64,000 nt of DNA from Limisphaera sp. GTDB taxonomy: Bacteria > Verrucomicrobiota > Verrucomicrobiia > Limisphaerales > Limisphaeraceae. The notes beneath the pieces are model-generated. The model saw only the letters and a list, made by a program, of their open reading frames with translations. It searched no databases and had not been told where the DNA came from. The translations under genes and the position numbers were made by a program. Where the stretch lies: positions 194,071 to 258,070 of the forward strand of contig JANWVC010000005.1 in the NCBI GenBank assembly GCA_025057755.1. The letters are read 5' to 3'. Below, in pieces: positions 20,091-29,936 of the stretch (within the stretch, counting starts at the first letter, position 1; the number at the start of each line of letters is the position of its first letter).

Positions 20091-20204
20091 TCGATGTGGC
20101 AGTTCAAGAGGTAGTCCCTACTGTGGAAAAGCGCGGTGCCCTACCGCCTCCGCTAGATTTCAGCCGGCGCCATGTGAAAACGCGAGTTCAAATCTGCTTT
20201 CGCG

Positions 20205-20227
20205 AAAAACGCAGCCCGGCCGGGTGC
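20205..20227 (-). terminator. short GC-rich hairpin plus T-run just downstream of the beta-helix gene
   Basis: The reverse strand reads GCACCCGGCCGGGCTGC followed by GTTTTTCG. The hairpin starts 13 nt after the stop at 20240. It forms 6 bp with one bulge and a GGCC loop. Confidence 0.4.
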
Positions 20228-20239
20228 CTTGGTCTGCGA

Positions 20240-21175
20240 TCACTGGCAAGTTACCTGCACAGAGTTCCCGGAGCCGCCGGTGATGGCGTAGCAACCGCCG
20301 GCATTGTTTGCCACGGTGCCTGCCAATACTCGGGTGTTGTAAGAGTCTTGGAGCCAGATGCCTATGCCACTGCAGTTGCGCACGTTGCAATTGTTTATCG
20401 TGGCGTCCCGACTTTGCGTCAGGCTGAAGATGCCGCGCCCACAACGATCTGCATCGACGTAATTGACCGTGCCGCGTTGATTGCTATTCGCCATGCGAAA
20501 CCCGGCATACCCACCGCCGTAACAGCAGTTGTAGGCATAAACGGATCCGCCTGACCAATTCAGTGTGTTGTTCAATAACAGGCCGCAGCCGGTCGAATCT
20601 CGCGCTTGCAAAGTGGTCCAGTAGAATCCGTCCACGGTGTACGTTTCCAAGCCGTGAGCACTCTGCCCGTTGGAGGTGATACTGTTTACGTTGATGTTTC
20701 GAGACCCGCCTCCTTTGCTATCATCAAAACGAAACGGCAATCCACCGGTAACCTGTGCACTGCAACCACTTAACGTGATACCGCTGCTGCTGCGCGACCA
20801 AATGCCATAGCGTGGATTGCCGGCGATCCGAAGGTTGCGAATGGTCACATTATTCCTGCGATCCAGTTGAATCACGGAAATCGTAGATGCTGTTCCCGTG
20901 GCCGTCGTTCCGCCATAGTCCAGCACCAGGCCGTCCTTGGGCGCCACGCCGTAATCGGGATCGCATGTGCCGCTGTTGCGAATGTAGATCGTTCCTGACG
21001 TCATGTTATTGACGCAGGCTTGGATGGCCGCATTATAACTGCTGCCTGTATACACCACGTTTCCATCCACACGACCTGTCCACGTTGTGCCCGTACGTGT
21101 GACATATGCTGTCGCTGCCTGAGCCAAAGGTAAGGCAGTCAAAGCCCATAAAAGAATGCATAGGCAGGTTTTCAT
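20240..21175 (-). CDS. secreted right-handed parallel beta-helix repeat protein (pectate-lyase-fold)
   Basis: The ORF is 20240..21481. I place the start at ATG 21175, which gives the signal peptide MKTCLCILLWALTALPLAQA. PbH1-like repeats are present (NVTIRNLRIAGNP, INNCNVRNCSGIGIWLQDSYNTRV). Confidence 0.7.
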   Translation of the reverse strand: MKTCLCILLWALTALPLAQAATAYVTRTGTTWTGRVDGNVVYTGSSYNAAIQACVNNMTSGTIYIRNSGTCDPDYGVAPKDGLVLDYGGTTATGTASTISVIQLDRRNNVTIRNLRIAGNPRYGIWSRSSSGITLSGCSAQVTGGLPFRFDDSKGGGSRNINVNSITSNGQSAHGLETYTVDGFYWTTLQARDSTGCGLLLNNTLNWSGGSVYAYNCCYGGGYAGFRMANSNQRGTVNYVDADRCGRGIFSLTQSRDATINNCNVRNCSGIGIWLQDSYNTRVLAGTVANNAGGCYAITGGSGNSVQVTCQ

Positions 21176-22112
21176 AAGACTCTCGTCGAACTTTTTGCGG
21201 GACTCATGTTTCAACATTTCCAACAAGGCGTCTGAACATCGAGTAACCGGGATTTGCCTTTCGAGCAATGGCCAGAATTGGCCATGGAACCAAATGCCTG
21301 GCCACCTATGCATCTGGCACGCCCGTGATTTTTGCGTGGGGCGACCAAAGGACACGTTGGGGGCGACAATGCTGCACAAGAGGCCACCACGCGCCAGGCG
21401 CTGCGTAAGGAGGTTTGGGCAGACGTTGAGTGCGGGCCAATGGCCAGTGAACCATCCTCGAGCGAGCGTACGCCTCTCCACACCGCCGTTATAACCAAGG
21501 TGGCCTCACGGTTCGGTTTATGCAGACCGAAACCTCACGCAGAGTGGTGGATCACATTCGTTTCCCTGTTGAAGCTTGAGGCAAAGTTGGATGATGGTGG
21601 CCTGCTCCAGTGGCGTCCCATCTGGATCATCCTGGGGAGGTCAGCCGAGTCTTTCACCTGTGCCGTGGGGCTGATCTGTGTAGGCACTGCTGGATCCACC
21701 AGTCTCCGCGGTTCCGACTACCCAGGAGGATGGTGAATTCATAGTTTGCGAGGTCGAGCCGTCATCAAATGCCCTCCGTTTGGCCCAAAAGACTTTTAGA
21801 GGGCCTTTGTTGCGCATCGTCTCTTAAAGTAGGTCCAACGTTGGGGCTCGCCTTGGTTGGGAGCGTGGTTGAACTCGGGGTTCTGAAGTGAATGGGGCTT
21901 TTTGTCCCTGGGCCGTGAGGTCGGACGCGGCTCTAACAAATTGGTCACATCTTGGAGCGGCAAAACACACCGCTCGGCACACCGCTTGGCCGTGCCGCCC
22001 TCCGCCCTTTTGGGCCTTGCGAGGCCATTAATGAATCTCATTGCGCAGGGGTCCGTATCTCGAGGAGCCGCACCAGCGAGGAGGCTCGGACTGAGGATAA
22101 GGTCCATTATAG

Positions 22113-23222
22113 GTGCAGTCCGGCCTCTTGGCATTGGGTGGGCTTTTCTTCATATTGCGCCGCGTGATTGACTCACCGGAAGCGTTGGAGGCTTTTCTAC
22201 CGGTGCTGCGCGCAGCTCCTTGGGTGTCCATGGACACCGAAGCCGACAGCTTGCACGCTTATCCGGAAAAGCTTTGTTTGATTCAAATCAGCACGCCTAC
22301 AGGGGACCGACTGATTGATCCACTGGCGGGGTTGGATCTCACGCCATTGCTGCAGGTGCTGGCGGGTCACAACCTGATTATGCACGGGGCTGACTATGAT
22401 CTCCGACTCTTGTGGCGATACAACCGGTTCGTGCCCGGCTCTGTCTTCGATACCATGTTGGCTGCGAGGTTTTTAGGGGAACGAAATTTTAGTCTGAGCG
22501 CACTTCTCGAACGTTATCTGGGCGTAAGCCTGGACAAGTCGATGCAAAAAGCCGATTGGTCTCGACGCCCTCTTACGCCTCGAATGGAGTCGTATGCACG
22601 CAACGACACGCGGCATTTGAAGCCGCTTTCCGACCGGCTGCGGTCGGAGCTGGTGGCAAAAGGCCGCCTGGCCTGGCATGAGGAAGCCTGTCACCGCTTG
22701 ATTCAAGAGTGCACTTGTGACCCTGTGGTGGACTTGGATCAGGTTTGGCGGGTAAAGGGAAGTCATTTGTTGAGTCGGCGTGGACTGGCCGTGTTGCGAG
22801 AACTGTGGTTGTGGCGAGAGGCAGAAGCGCGTGCAAGCAATCGGCCGCCTTTTTTCATCTTGCCTCATGAAACTTTGAGTCGGATCGCCGCAGCCGCTGT
22901 GGACTCGACCCCGGTGGATCAATGGTTACCCCCGCGTTTTCCGGCGCGTCGCCGGGCCGGCCTGAAGGAAGCAATCGCTCGCGGCCTGGCAACGCCTCCT
23001 GACCAATGGCCCGAGTTGCGCCGAGGGTCAGGACGCCGACTGACAGAGGCAGAACAAGCTCGCTTGGAAGCGCTCGAAGCCCGGCGGAACCAACGTGCAC
23101 GCGAACTTGGTTTGGATCCCTCGTTCCTTGCTCCGCGGAGCGTCTTGATCGATCTGGCCCGAGATTGGGATACACATGCTCCCCGCTTGATGAGTTGGCA
23201 ACGGGAGCTCCTCGAATCCTGA
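22113..23222 (+). CDS. rnd: ribonuclease D
   Basis: It has DEDD 3'-5' exonuclease motifs (VSMDTEADSL, HGADYDLRLL) plus a C-terminal HRDC-like region. The true start may be TTG 22155 or GTG 22164, just before VIDSPEALEAF. Confidence 0.85.
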   Translation: MQSGLLALGGLFFILRRVIDSPEALEAFLPVLRAAPWVSMDTEADSLHAYPEKLCLIQISTPTGDRLIDPLAGLDLTPLLQVLAGHNLIMHGADYDLRLLWRYNRFVPGSVFDTMLAARFLGERNFSLSALLERYLGVSLDKSMQKADWSRRPLTPRMESYARNDTRHLKPLSDRLRSELVAKGRLAWHEEACHRLIQECTCDPVVDLDQVWRVKGSHLLSRRGLAVLRELWLWREAEARASNRPPFFILPHETLSRIAAAAVDSTPVDQWLPPRFPARRRAGLKEAIARGLATPPDQWPELRRGSGRRLTEAEQARLEALEARRNQRARELGLDPSFLAPRSVLIDLARDWDTHAPRLMSWQRELLES

Positions 23223-23342
23223 CAAGTTCAATCAAGGATGCGCTTTTCCGAAGGAGCCTTACTTCATCTTCTGGGAAATCTTCGGGGCGAATGAGTCGGC
23301 CCGGCGCAAGTCGTCCGATAACCTCACCGGGCGGCAGTGGCA

Positions 23343-24440
23343 TCAAGGTTCTTTCATCGCACTGGGCAGGTCGGCTTGCTCGACCTCTTTGAGGTCTTCC
23401 ACGAGCACCTCGACGTTTTCGTCAGCTCGGATTTTGCGCACGTAATCCGGCAGGACTTTTTGGATTGCCTGGGTGATCAAATAATCCCGTATACGCTCTT
23501 TGACTTCATCGAATGGCACGCGCCGGGCCGGCATGCGTTCGTGCATTTTGACGATGTGGTATCCAAACTGGGTTGTAACAATGTCGCTGATTTGGCCCGG
23601 CTGAAGACTGAAAGCGGCGGTTTCAAACTCAGGCACCATTTGACCGCGAGCGAATATGTATTCACCGCCGCGGTCTTTTGAGCCCGCATCCTCGGAGTAT
23701 TTACGCGCCAGGGCGCTGAAATCCTCGCCAGCCTTAACCTTTTGAAGAATTTCGTCCATTTGCTTTCGTTTCGCCTGACGCAACTCCTCGGATAACGGCT
23801 CCCGAGTGTTGGCGTCCAAGGTGCGCAAGAGGATGTGACTGACGCGCACCCGCTCAGGTTCCTCAAATTGTGCCGGATTTTCGTCATAAAACTTACGGAC
23901 CTCTTCGTCGGTGACATTCACCTGCACTTCGCGGCGGATGACCGCCTCTGCGGTGGCTTCCTCGATCAATCGCGCTTTGAGCTGATCCGGCGTGATCCCG
24001 ACAGACTTCAGCTGGCGGGTCAAGTTATCCATGGAACCGGCCCGCTCCAAGACCTGCTCGAAGCGCTTTTCGCCCACCCTGGTTCCTTCGGCGCGATCTT
24101 CCTCCGTGGCTCGTCCTACCAGCATCTGGATACGGATCAGTTGTTGCAACAGCTCCCGCTCAACTTGGAGGTTCGCTGCTGGCGGCAACGTTTGGCCTCG
24201 GGCTGCCAACAGGGCCTTGAAGCTTAACAGGGCCGCGTCTAATTGGCTGCGCTTGATTTCGAAACTCTTGCCCCGGGCAATGACCTGGTCGCCGAACAAT
24301 TCCGCCATGACGGCCACCGCGCTGGTTGTCGAAGGATTTGTCTGAGCCCAAGCCAGCCCGGCCAGAGCGAGCGCCGTCAAGGTCAACCGAAACTTTTGCG
24401 TACGGAAAGGCATGTGCATGGAAAACGTGGTTTCAATCAT
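23343..24440 (-). CDS. peptidylprolyl isomerase, parvulin/SurA-like, secreted
   Basis: 365 aa with a signal peptide, a SurA-like N-domain and a PpiC-type rotamase domain (VSHILLRT ... FGYHIVKMHER). Confidence 0.85.
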   Translation of the reverse strand: MIETTFSMHMPFRTQKFRLTLTALALAGLAWAQTNPSTTSAVAVMAELFGDQVIARGKSFEIKRSQLDAALLSFKALLAARGQTLPPAANLQVERELLQQLIRIQMLVGRATEEDRAEGTRVGEKRFEQVLERAGSMDNLTRQLKSVGITPDQLKARLIEEATAEAVIRREVQVNVTDEEVRKFYDENPAQFEEPERVRVSHILLRTLDANTREPLSEELRQAKRKQMDEILQKVKAGEDFSALARKYSEDAGSKDRGGEYIFARGQMVPEFETAAFSLQPGQISDIVTTQFGYHIVKMHERMPARRVPFDEVKERIRDYLITQAIQKVLPDYVRKIRADENVEVLVEDLKEVEQADLPSAMKEP

Positions 24441-24446
24441 GATGAA

Positions 24447-26045
24447 CTAAAGTTGCACGAGACGGACATTGCTGATATCCGGGTCGCGCTCCAACTCCTC
24501 CAGGACGTTCGCAGGCGGCGCGCTGTCCAAATGCAAAACCGTTAGGGCGCGACCGCCAACTTCATCCCGATGCAAATTCATGCTCGCAATATTCACTCCA
24601 TGCCGGCCCAAGAGGGAACCGATGTGCCCGACCATGCCGGGACGATCCTTGTTGGTCAACAGCAGAATATGTCCGGAGATCGGGATTTCGACGGGCATGC
24701 TGTAGAGCCGCACGATGCGAGGATTTTGCGGCGATCCGAAAAACGTTCCACCGGCCGACACCAGTTTTTGGTCGCCCTGAAAGACCTGGACGTGAAGCCA
24801 TTCGTTGTAGGTTACAGGCTCGGAAGAACGTTTTTCTTCAACGGTGATACCCAAGGTGGCTGCAACGCTGCGGACGTTCACCGGATTGACCGCCTCCATG
24901 CCCGAACGGGCCAGGAATCCAAGCAAAATAGCCCGCGAGATGGGATCGACGTTGGGCAGCTCTCGAGCACGTCCGCCGTATGTGATGTAAAGACGATCTA
25001 CTTGCGAGGGTGCCAGTTGTCCCAACAACCGCCCCAATTTCTCACCCAGCACTAGATACGGCTTCACCTGCTCATATGTTTGCGCGTCCAAATACGGCAG
25101 GTTGACTGCATTTCGCACTTCACCCGTCAAAAGGTAGGAAGTGATGACTTCGGCTACCTCCACGCCGCACTTTTCCTGAGCTTCTTTGGTGCTGGCTCCC
25201 AGGTGAGGCGTCAGGATTAGATTGGGATGTTTGCGAAAGGGATGGTCTGCGGGCAACGGTTCCTCGGCATATACATCCAGCGCAGCTCCTGCGACATGGC
25301 CACTCTCCAAGGCTGCCAGCAAGTCTTTTTCAACCACGATTTCTCCGCGCGCACAGTTGATCAAACGTACGCCGGGCTTCATCCGTGCAAAGGCCTGCGC
25401 ATTAAGCATGCCGCGAGTCAACTCTGTTACTGGCATGTGCACGGTGATGAAGTCGGCTACGCGATAGAGTTCGTCCACTTCACTCACCAGTTTGACGCCC
25501 AGACTTTTGACTCGTGCATCGGCCAAGAACGGATCATAGCCCCAAACTTCCATGCCAAAGGCCAGAGCCCGTTTGGCGACTTCGCTGCCAATTCGCCCTA
25601 AACCGAGAATCCCGAGCTTTTTCCCAGCCAATTCGATGCCTGAAAATGATTTGCGATCCCATTGACCTGCGACCATCGAAGCGTGTGCCTGTGGCAGTTT
25701 GCGCGCCAAGGCAAGCATCATCGCGCAGGTAAGTTCGGCCGTAGAGACCGTGTTTCCGCCTGGAGTGTTCATGACCACCACCCCGCGTTGTGTGGCTGCT
25801 TCGACGTCCACATTATCCACCCCCACGCCCGCCCGGCCCACGACCCGCAACGCTTTGCCTGCCTCAATGACACGACGTGTCACCTTGGTTTCGGAACGCA
25901 CCACCAAGGCGACTGTGTCTTCAACCAAGGGCAGAAGCTCCGCCTCCGAATGGCGCCGAGAAAGGACTTCGACGCGGAATTCGGGTCGTGCCCGCAATAA
26001 CTCCACCGCCTTGGGCGCAATCGGATCGCATACCAAGATCTTCAT
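24447..26045 (-). CDS. serA: D-3-phosphoglycerate dehydrogenase (long form with ACT domain)
   Basis: 532 aa with an NAD-binding [13 protein letters not shown] motif, the catalytic region and a C-terminal ACT domain. It ends 6 nt before the PPIase start. Confidence 0.93.
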   Translation of the reverse strand: MKILVCDPIAPKAVELLRARPEFRVEVLSRRHSEAELLPLVEDTVALVVRSETKVTRRVIEAGKALRVVGRAGVGVDNVDVEAATQRGVVVMNTPGGNTVSTAELTCAMMLALARKLPQAHASMVAGQWDRKSFSGIELAGKKLGILGLGRIGSEVAKRALAFGMEVWGYDPFLADARVKSLGVKLVSEVDELYRVADFITVHMPVTELTRGMLNAQAFARMKPGVRLINCARGEIVVEKDLLAALESGHVAGAALDVYAEEPLPADHPFRKHPNLILTPHLGASTKEAQEKCGVEVAEVITSYLLTGEVRNAVNLPYLDAQTYEQVKPYLVLGEKLGRLLGQLAPSQVDRLYITYGGRARELPNVDPISRAILLGFLARSGMEAVNPVNVRSVAATLGITVEEKRSSEPVTYNEWLHVQVFQGDQKLVSAGGTFFGSPQNPRIVRLYSMPVEIPISGHILLLTNKDRPGMVGHIGSLLGRHGVNIASMNLHRDEVGGRALTVLHLDSAPPANVLEELERDPDISNVRLVQL

Positions 26046-26260
26046 AGACGAACGGAGTGTAGGGACGGATCGAGCCCCGGGTCAAACGCGACGTGGGCGG
26101 TTGGTCGAGCGAAAGGGTTTTATTGCGCAAAACAATGTCCTAGGGATGCATCATCAAAGAACGGCTGAACCCCTCCCCGTGCGTGCGGCATCCCATATGT
26201 AGGAGCCACCTTGACCAGCTCTACAGACTGGACCGAGGTTTCGTGGGTAGAGTGCCTCCC

Positions 26261-28828
26261 TCAAGGACGGGCCGGTAGAGCCCGACGGTATTGCTCGACC
26301 AGGACCTGGTTACGGTTTGCGATTTCCACCTTTCCCTGCTGTCGAGCCAGCTCAATGGCCTGCTCAGCCCTTTGGACGGCCATGGGGTAATCGCCGGCTG
26401 CCGCCAACGCAGCCGCCAAGGTCCCTATGAAAACCGGATTGGTCCATTGGCTCAGTTCGCAGGCGCGTTGTGCGAAGGTCACGGCTTCAAGGGGCCGTTG
26501 CAGTGTCGGCTCAGGCACTGTCGCCAAGGACCAAGCTAGATTATTCAGCCATTCAGGCTGGCTGGGATCCAATGCGACTGCTAGCTGGCGATGCTCCAGC
26601 GCCTCCGACCAAAGCTGATGCGCCTCCAGACTCGTCGCATATAGATCGCGCAGACCCGGCTCGCGCGGGCGCGTACGTACGGACTCGGCCAATGCTGCTC
26701 GCAGTTCGGGGTATGTGGGATGACGAAGGAGGGCTTGCTGAAACCAGCGTTGCCCTTCCGCGATCCGCCCTTGGTCCAGAGCCCACAAGGCTTGCACCAC
26801 CGCCGTCTGGGGGTGATCTCTCGACACCCAAAACGCGCCGAAACTCAGGATCCACCATAACACCAGCAAGGTTCCCAGAGCCCAATGACCCCATCGCGTT
26901 CGAGCTGTCAGCCGCTCCCATCCAACGACCAGGGCCACCGCAAGGCCGCTAAGCGCGGGCAGTGCATAAAATGCCTTCACTTGTGCGTAAGAACCTACCC
27001 GGACGGACATGTACAGCAGGCCCCACAGGTAAAAGCCCAGCAGCCCGGATGCCCACCACGCGGGCTCCACTGTTCCGCACCATACACGCCAGGTCAGCAC
27101 GCCGGCTCCGAAGAGGATTATCAGGGTCCAGACGATGCTAAGCCACCATGTCGCAGCCATCCAGGGCTCATTCCATGGCGGTCGAAAAACCATCCAAGAC
27201 ACCCCGCTAACCAGTCCATCGCCCCAAAGGGTCGCGTAGAGGCCATCCCAGAAACTGCAAAAGCTGCTGTACCACGGATGAGACCAAGCCATGCCCAATC
27301 GAAGATACTCAGCGGGTGTGCGATATCCCGGTTCCTGCCACCAGGCGCTTTGAATGGCTCCGTCCCAGTTACCCACAAAAGGCTGACCAAAATGCCACCA
27401 TACGCGCGCGTAGTGCCAGCCACAAATCAACAAGAACACCGCCACTGCCGTTCCGAGAGCCCGGAACGGACGTCTGTAGGGCGTAGCCCGGGAAGCTTGT
27501 CCGCTTGCTGTGCCGCACGGCAGGCAGCACACAGCCAGCACAATTGGCACCGCTAGCACGGTGGAGAATTTGGTCAACATGGCCAATCCGAGCGCACCTC
27601 CAGCTGCCCCAGCCCACTTTAGGTTGTGTTCCTCCTTCCGTGATCGAAGCATCAGGCCAAGGGCGAGGGTTACCCAAAGTCCGGCCATCGTTTCGTTGGT
27701 TACATAGTGCGCGATCATCACATGGGCGCCCAGGGCGCTGGTCAATAGCAGGCCGACCCGCGCTTTCCAGCGTTCGAAGGGGTAGAGCAAGCGTAACAGC
27801 CAGAACACGGCAACGGAGTGGGCCCACCCCACGAGTCCGTTCAGAGCCCGCAGCAGCATGACCGCTGCCTCGTCGGAGGTTGTTAGGCCTGCGAATTCCA
27901 GAACAGCCGCGGCCATCAAATAATACAGCGGGGGTTGGTACATTTGCCATCCTTCGTGAGCCAATGGGATTCGCCCTTGTTCTTGAATGTACCGGACATA
28001 CGCTTCGTGTCCTTCTGCGTCGAAACCGTAGATCCGGGGGAGTTGAGGCAGGTTGTTCGCAAACAGTAGGACCCACGCCATTCCTATGGTTCCCAACAGC
28101 CACCCGTCGCTTCCAGGACTGGACAGCCATAGTCGCAGGTTGGTGGGAATATGGTGAATCCATCGTACTCGAAGCCTGTATCCCGTTGTACCTGCGGTCA
28201 CGACAGCCGCCACCACTGCGGCAACCCCAGGCCACTCGCTGGCAACTAAATCCGCTAACGTGCGAAAAGCGCGCAGATAAGGCCCCATCGGCAGCGGTTT
28301 TGACGCCAAGTGGGCCTCGCGGAATTCGCCGGCAGCCGTCGCTACCTGCCAGCGCAGCGGCTCGATCCTCTCGCAGGCGCCGATCTGAAGCTTGACCCAC
28401 AGGGCCGGTGGACCGCTGGCATTGGTTACGTGGACCCACAATTCATTCGTGCCTGGTCGAAGCAGCCCTGTAATTTCGACGGTTTGCGGTCGTTTCCAAC
28501 GATGCCCATTCAACGTGAGTCCCTCCACACGGATCCCGTTTAGAGTAGCTGCGCCGGATCGGAAGACGGCCATGCGCAACCAGCTTGGCTCGATCGGGGC
28601 TGACACAACCCACTCTGCTCGGAAGCTGCAAGCAACTCCTCGTTGTTGCAATTCAGCCGCGGCAGGGCGTGGAACTGTCCACCATGATAGGCCCTCGTAA
28701 GGTCGGAGATAAGGACCAGCGTCGCGACAATAGGCCAGGTGCAGCCACATGGCCATCCACGCGGCCGCAACTAGCAGCATGATCGCGCGGACGCAGCCGA
28801 TTCTTCGCATCTGTTGCACTTCAGTCAT
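26261..28828 (-). CDS. polytopic GT-C (ArnT/PMT-like) membrane glycosyltransferase-like protein with C-terminal TPR repeats
   Basis: 855 aa. After the first TM helix there is a beta-sandwich-like insert, then more than 10 TM helices, then TPR repeats. The protein ends in an LNNLAW.LAT...GTLAAA...RN...YR cap shared with the 29937..32297 product. Confidence 0.65.
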   Translation of the reverse strand: MTEVQQMRRIGCVRAIMLLVAAAWMAMWLHLAYCRDAGPYLRPYEGLSWWTVPRPAAAELQQRGVACSFRAEWVVSAPIEPSWLRMAVFRSGAATLNGIRVEGLTLNGHRWKRPQTVEITGLLRPGTNELWVHVTNASGPPALWVKLQIGACERIEPLRWQVATAAGEFREAHLASKPLPMGPYLRAFRTLADLVASEWPGVAAVVAAVVTAGTTGYRLRVRWIHHIPTNLRLWLSSPGSDGWLLGTIGMAWVLLFANNLPQLPRIYGFDAEGHEAYVRYIQEQGRIPLAHEGWQMYQPPLYYLMAAAVLEFAGLTTSDEAAVMLLRALNGLVGWAHSVAVFWLLRLLYPFERWKARVGLLLTSALGAHVMIAHYVTNETMAGLWVTLALGLMLRSRKEEHNLKWAGAAGGALGLAMLTKFSTVLAVPIVLAVCCLPCGTASGQASRATPYRRPFRALGTAVAVFLLICGWHYARVWWHFGQPFVGNWDGAIQSAWWQEPGYRTPAEYLRLGMAWSHPWYSSFCSFWDGLYATLWGDGLVSGVSWMVFRPPWNEPWMAATWWLSIVWTLIILFGAGVLTWRVWCGTVEPAWWASGLLGFYLWGLLYMSVRVGSYAQVKAFYALPALSGLAVALVVGWERLTARTRWGHWALGTLLVLWWILSFGAFWVSRDHPQTAVVQALWALDQGRIAEGQRWFQQALLRHPTYPELRAALAESVRTRPREPGLRDLYATSLEAHQLWSEALEHRQLAVALDPSQPEWLNNLAWSLATVPEPTLQRPLEAVTFAQRACELSQWTNPVFIGTLAAALAAAGDYPMAVQRAEQAIELARQQGKVEIANRNQVLVEQYRRALPARP

Positions 28829-28945
28829 GCTGCCGGAGCGAGGGGCTTACTGACAAGAGGCACCCCCTTGGTGTTAGATTGTCTCTAGCAACTTTTTCGT
28901 GTCCGGCTGCCCTGGGGCAGTTTAGAATCCGGGGCGCGCAGCTTT

Positions 28946-29798
28946 ATGGAAGGACGCACATCCTCTCTGGCCTGTCATATGACTTGCCTGAACGGATGTG
29001 GAGAGCCGCTGATTACTGAAAATGTTGACTCGTTGGAGTCAATCGGAACGATACCTCCATGGTGGACAGGTGACGCATTTTCAAAAGGAAGTGAAGCCCC
29101 ACTTGCTGTTTACCGGTCAATGCCGTCGTTTTGAACCAACCGCGCCCATCCGAGGTCGAATTCCCATCGTCTATCCTTGGTTTGGCAAACCAGAAGGGCA
29201 ACCTTGGTCGCATGGGCTTGCCCGTTTGCAAGACTGGGGATTGAGTGAGATGGCCACCGGCTTGGATGCCTCTCTTGATCTCAAGTTGCGCATGCCTGAC
29301 ATCGAAGGCGCTTGCGCATGCTCCCTCTGCAGTCGCAAATGAATTGGTCATTCGAGACACCGTGGCGCTCGAGGTGAAGGTTACAAAGCCAGTCGGATCG
29401 AACCTTTCGGTATGGGCTCGACCTCCATACCTGCCTGGCTATGGGAGATGTACGAGAAATCTGGCTCACTCGTTTGCAGGGCACCGAATATGCGGATGAC
29501 ACGACGGGGCAACGACACCGGGATGCATCGGGCCGTCTGCGCATCGATTGACGCGATCAATCGGATTTATTTGAACCCGGCGCGACTGGTAGAGGTTCAG
29601 GACCCCGTCTTGGGCCGGACTCATCGCGTGGACAAAACCGGCTCCGCAGCACCGTGGTATGGAACGGTGGCCCGATCCAGGCCAAAATCCCTGCCGGACT
29701 TTGAAGATGAGAAGTATCTAGCCATGATCTGTGTCCAATCAGGTAATCTCGGAGATGAGGCGGTAATGTTTCCGCCGGGCAGTGCGACGGCCATGTAA
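28946..29798 (+). pseudogene. D-hexose-6-phosphate mutarotase (aldose 1-epimerase family, YeaD-like), multiply frameshifted
   Basis: Family-like segments are spread over all three + frames. YLHGGQVTHFQ, IRGRIPIVYPWFG and HGLARLQDW are in the frame of ORF 29022..29342. ELVIRDTVALEVKVT is in the next frame. GLDLHTCLAMGDVREIWLTRLQGTEYADDTTG is in the frame starting at 29414. TVVWN is in yet another shift. LPDFEDEKYLAMICVQSGN is in ORF 29412..29798. At least four frame changes are needed. Boundaries are approximate. Confidence 0.7.
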
Positions 29799-29936
29799 GT
29801 GCAATGCAGCAGCCGGCTCCGCACGGGAGGTCCCGAGAGGATCCAGAGCGATCCAGCGCATGTGCAACTCCAACGTCTCCATCCCATTCTTCAAACTCAT
29901 TTGGCGAACGAACCGCTTTGAGCAGATGGACTTCCA

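Noticed and set aside
27369-28439. 356-aa ORF on the minus strand in an alternative frame inside the 855-aa GT-C/TPR gene.
   Set aside because: It has an Arg/Gly/Pro-rich composition with no motifs and is wholly embedded in a much longer, well-supported frame. This is a typical high-GC shadow ORF.
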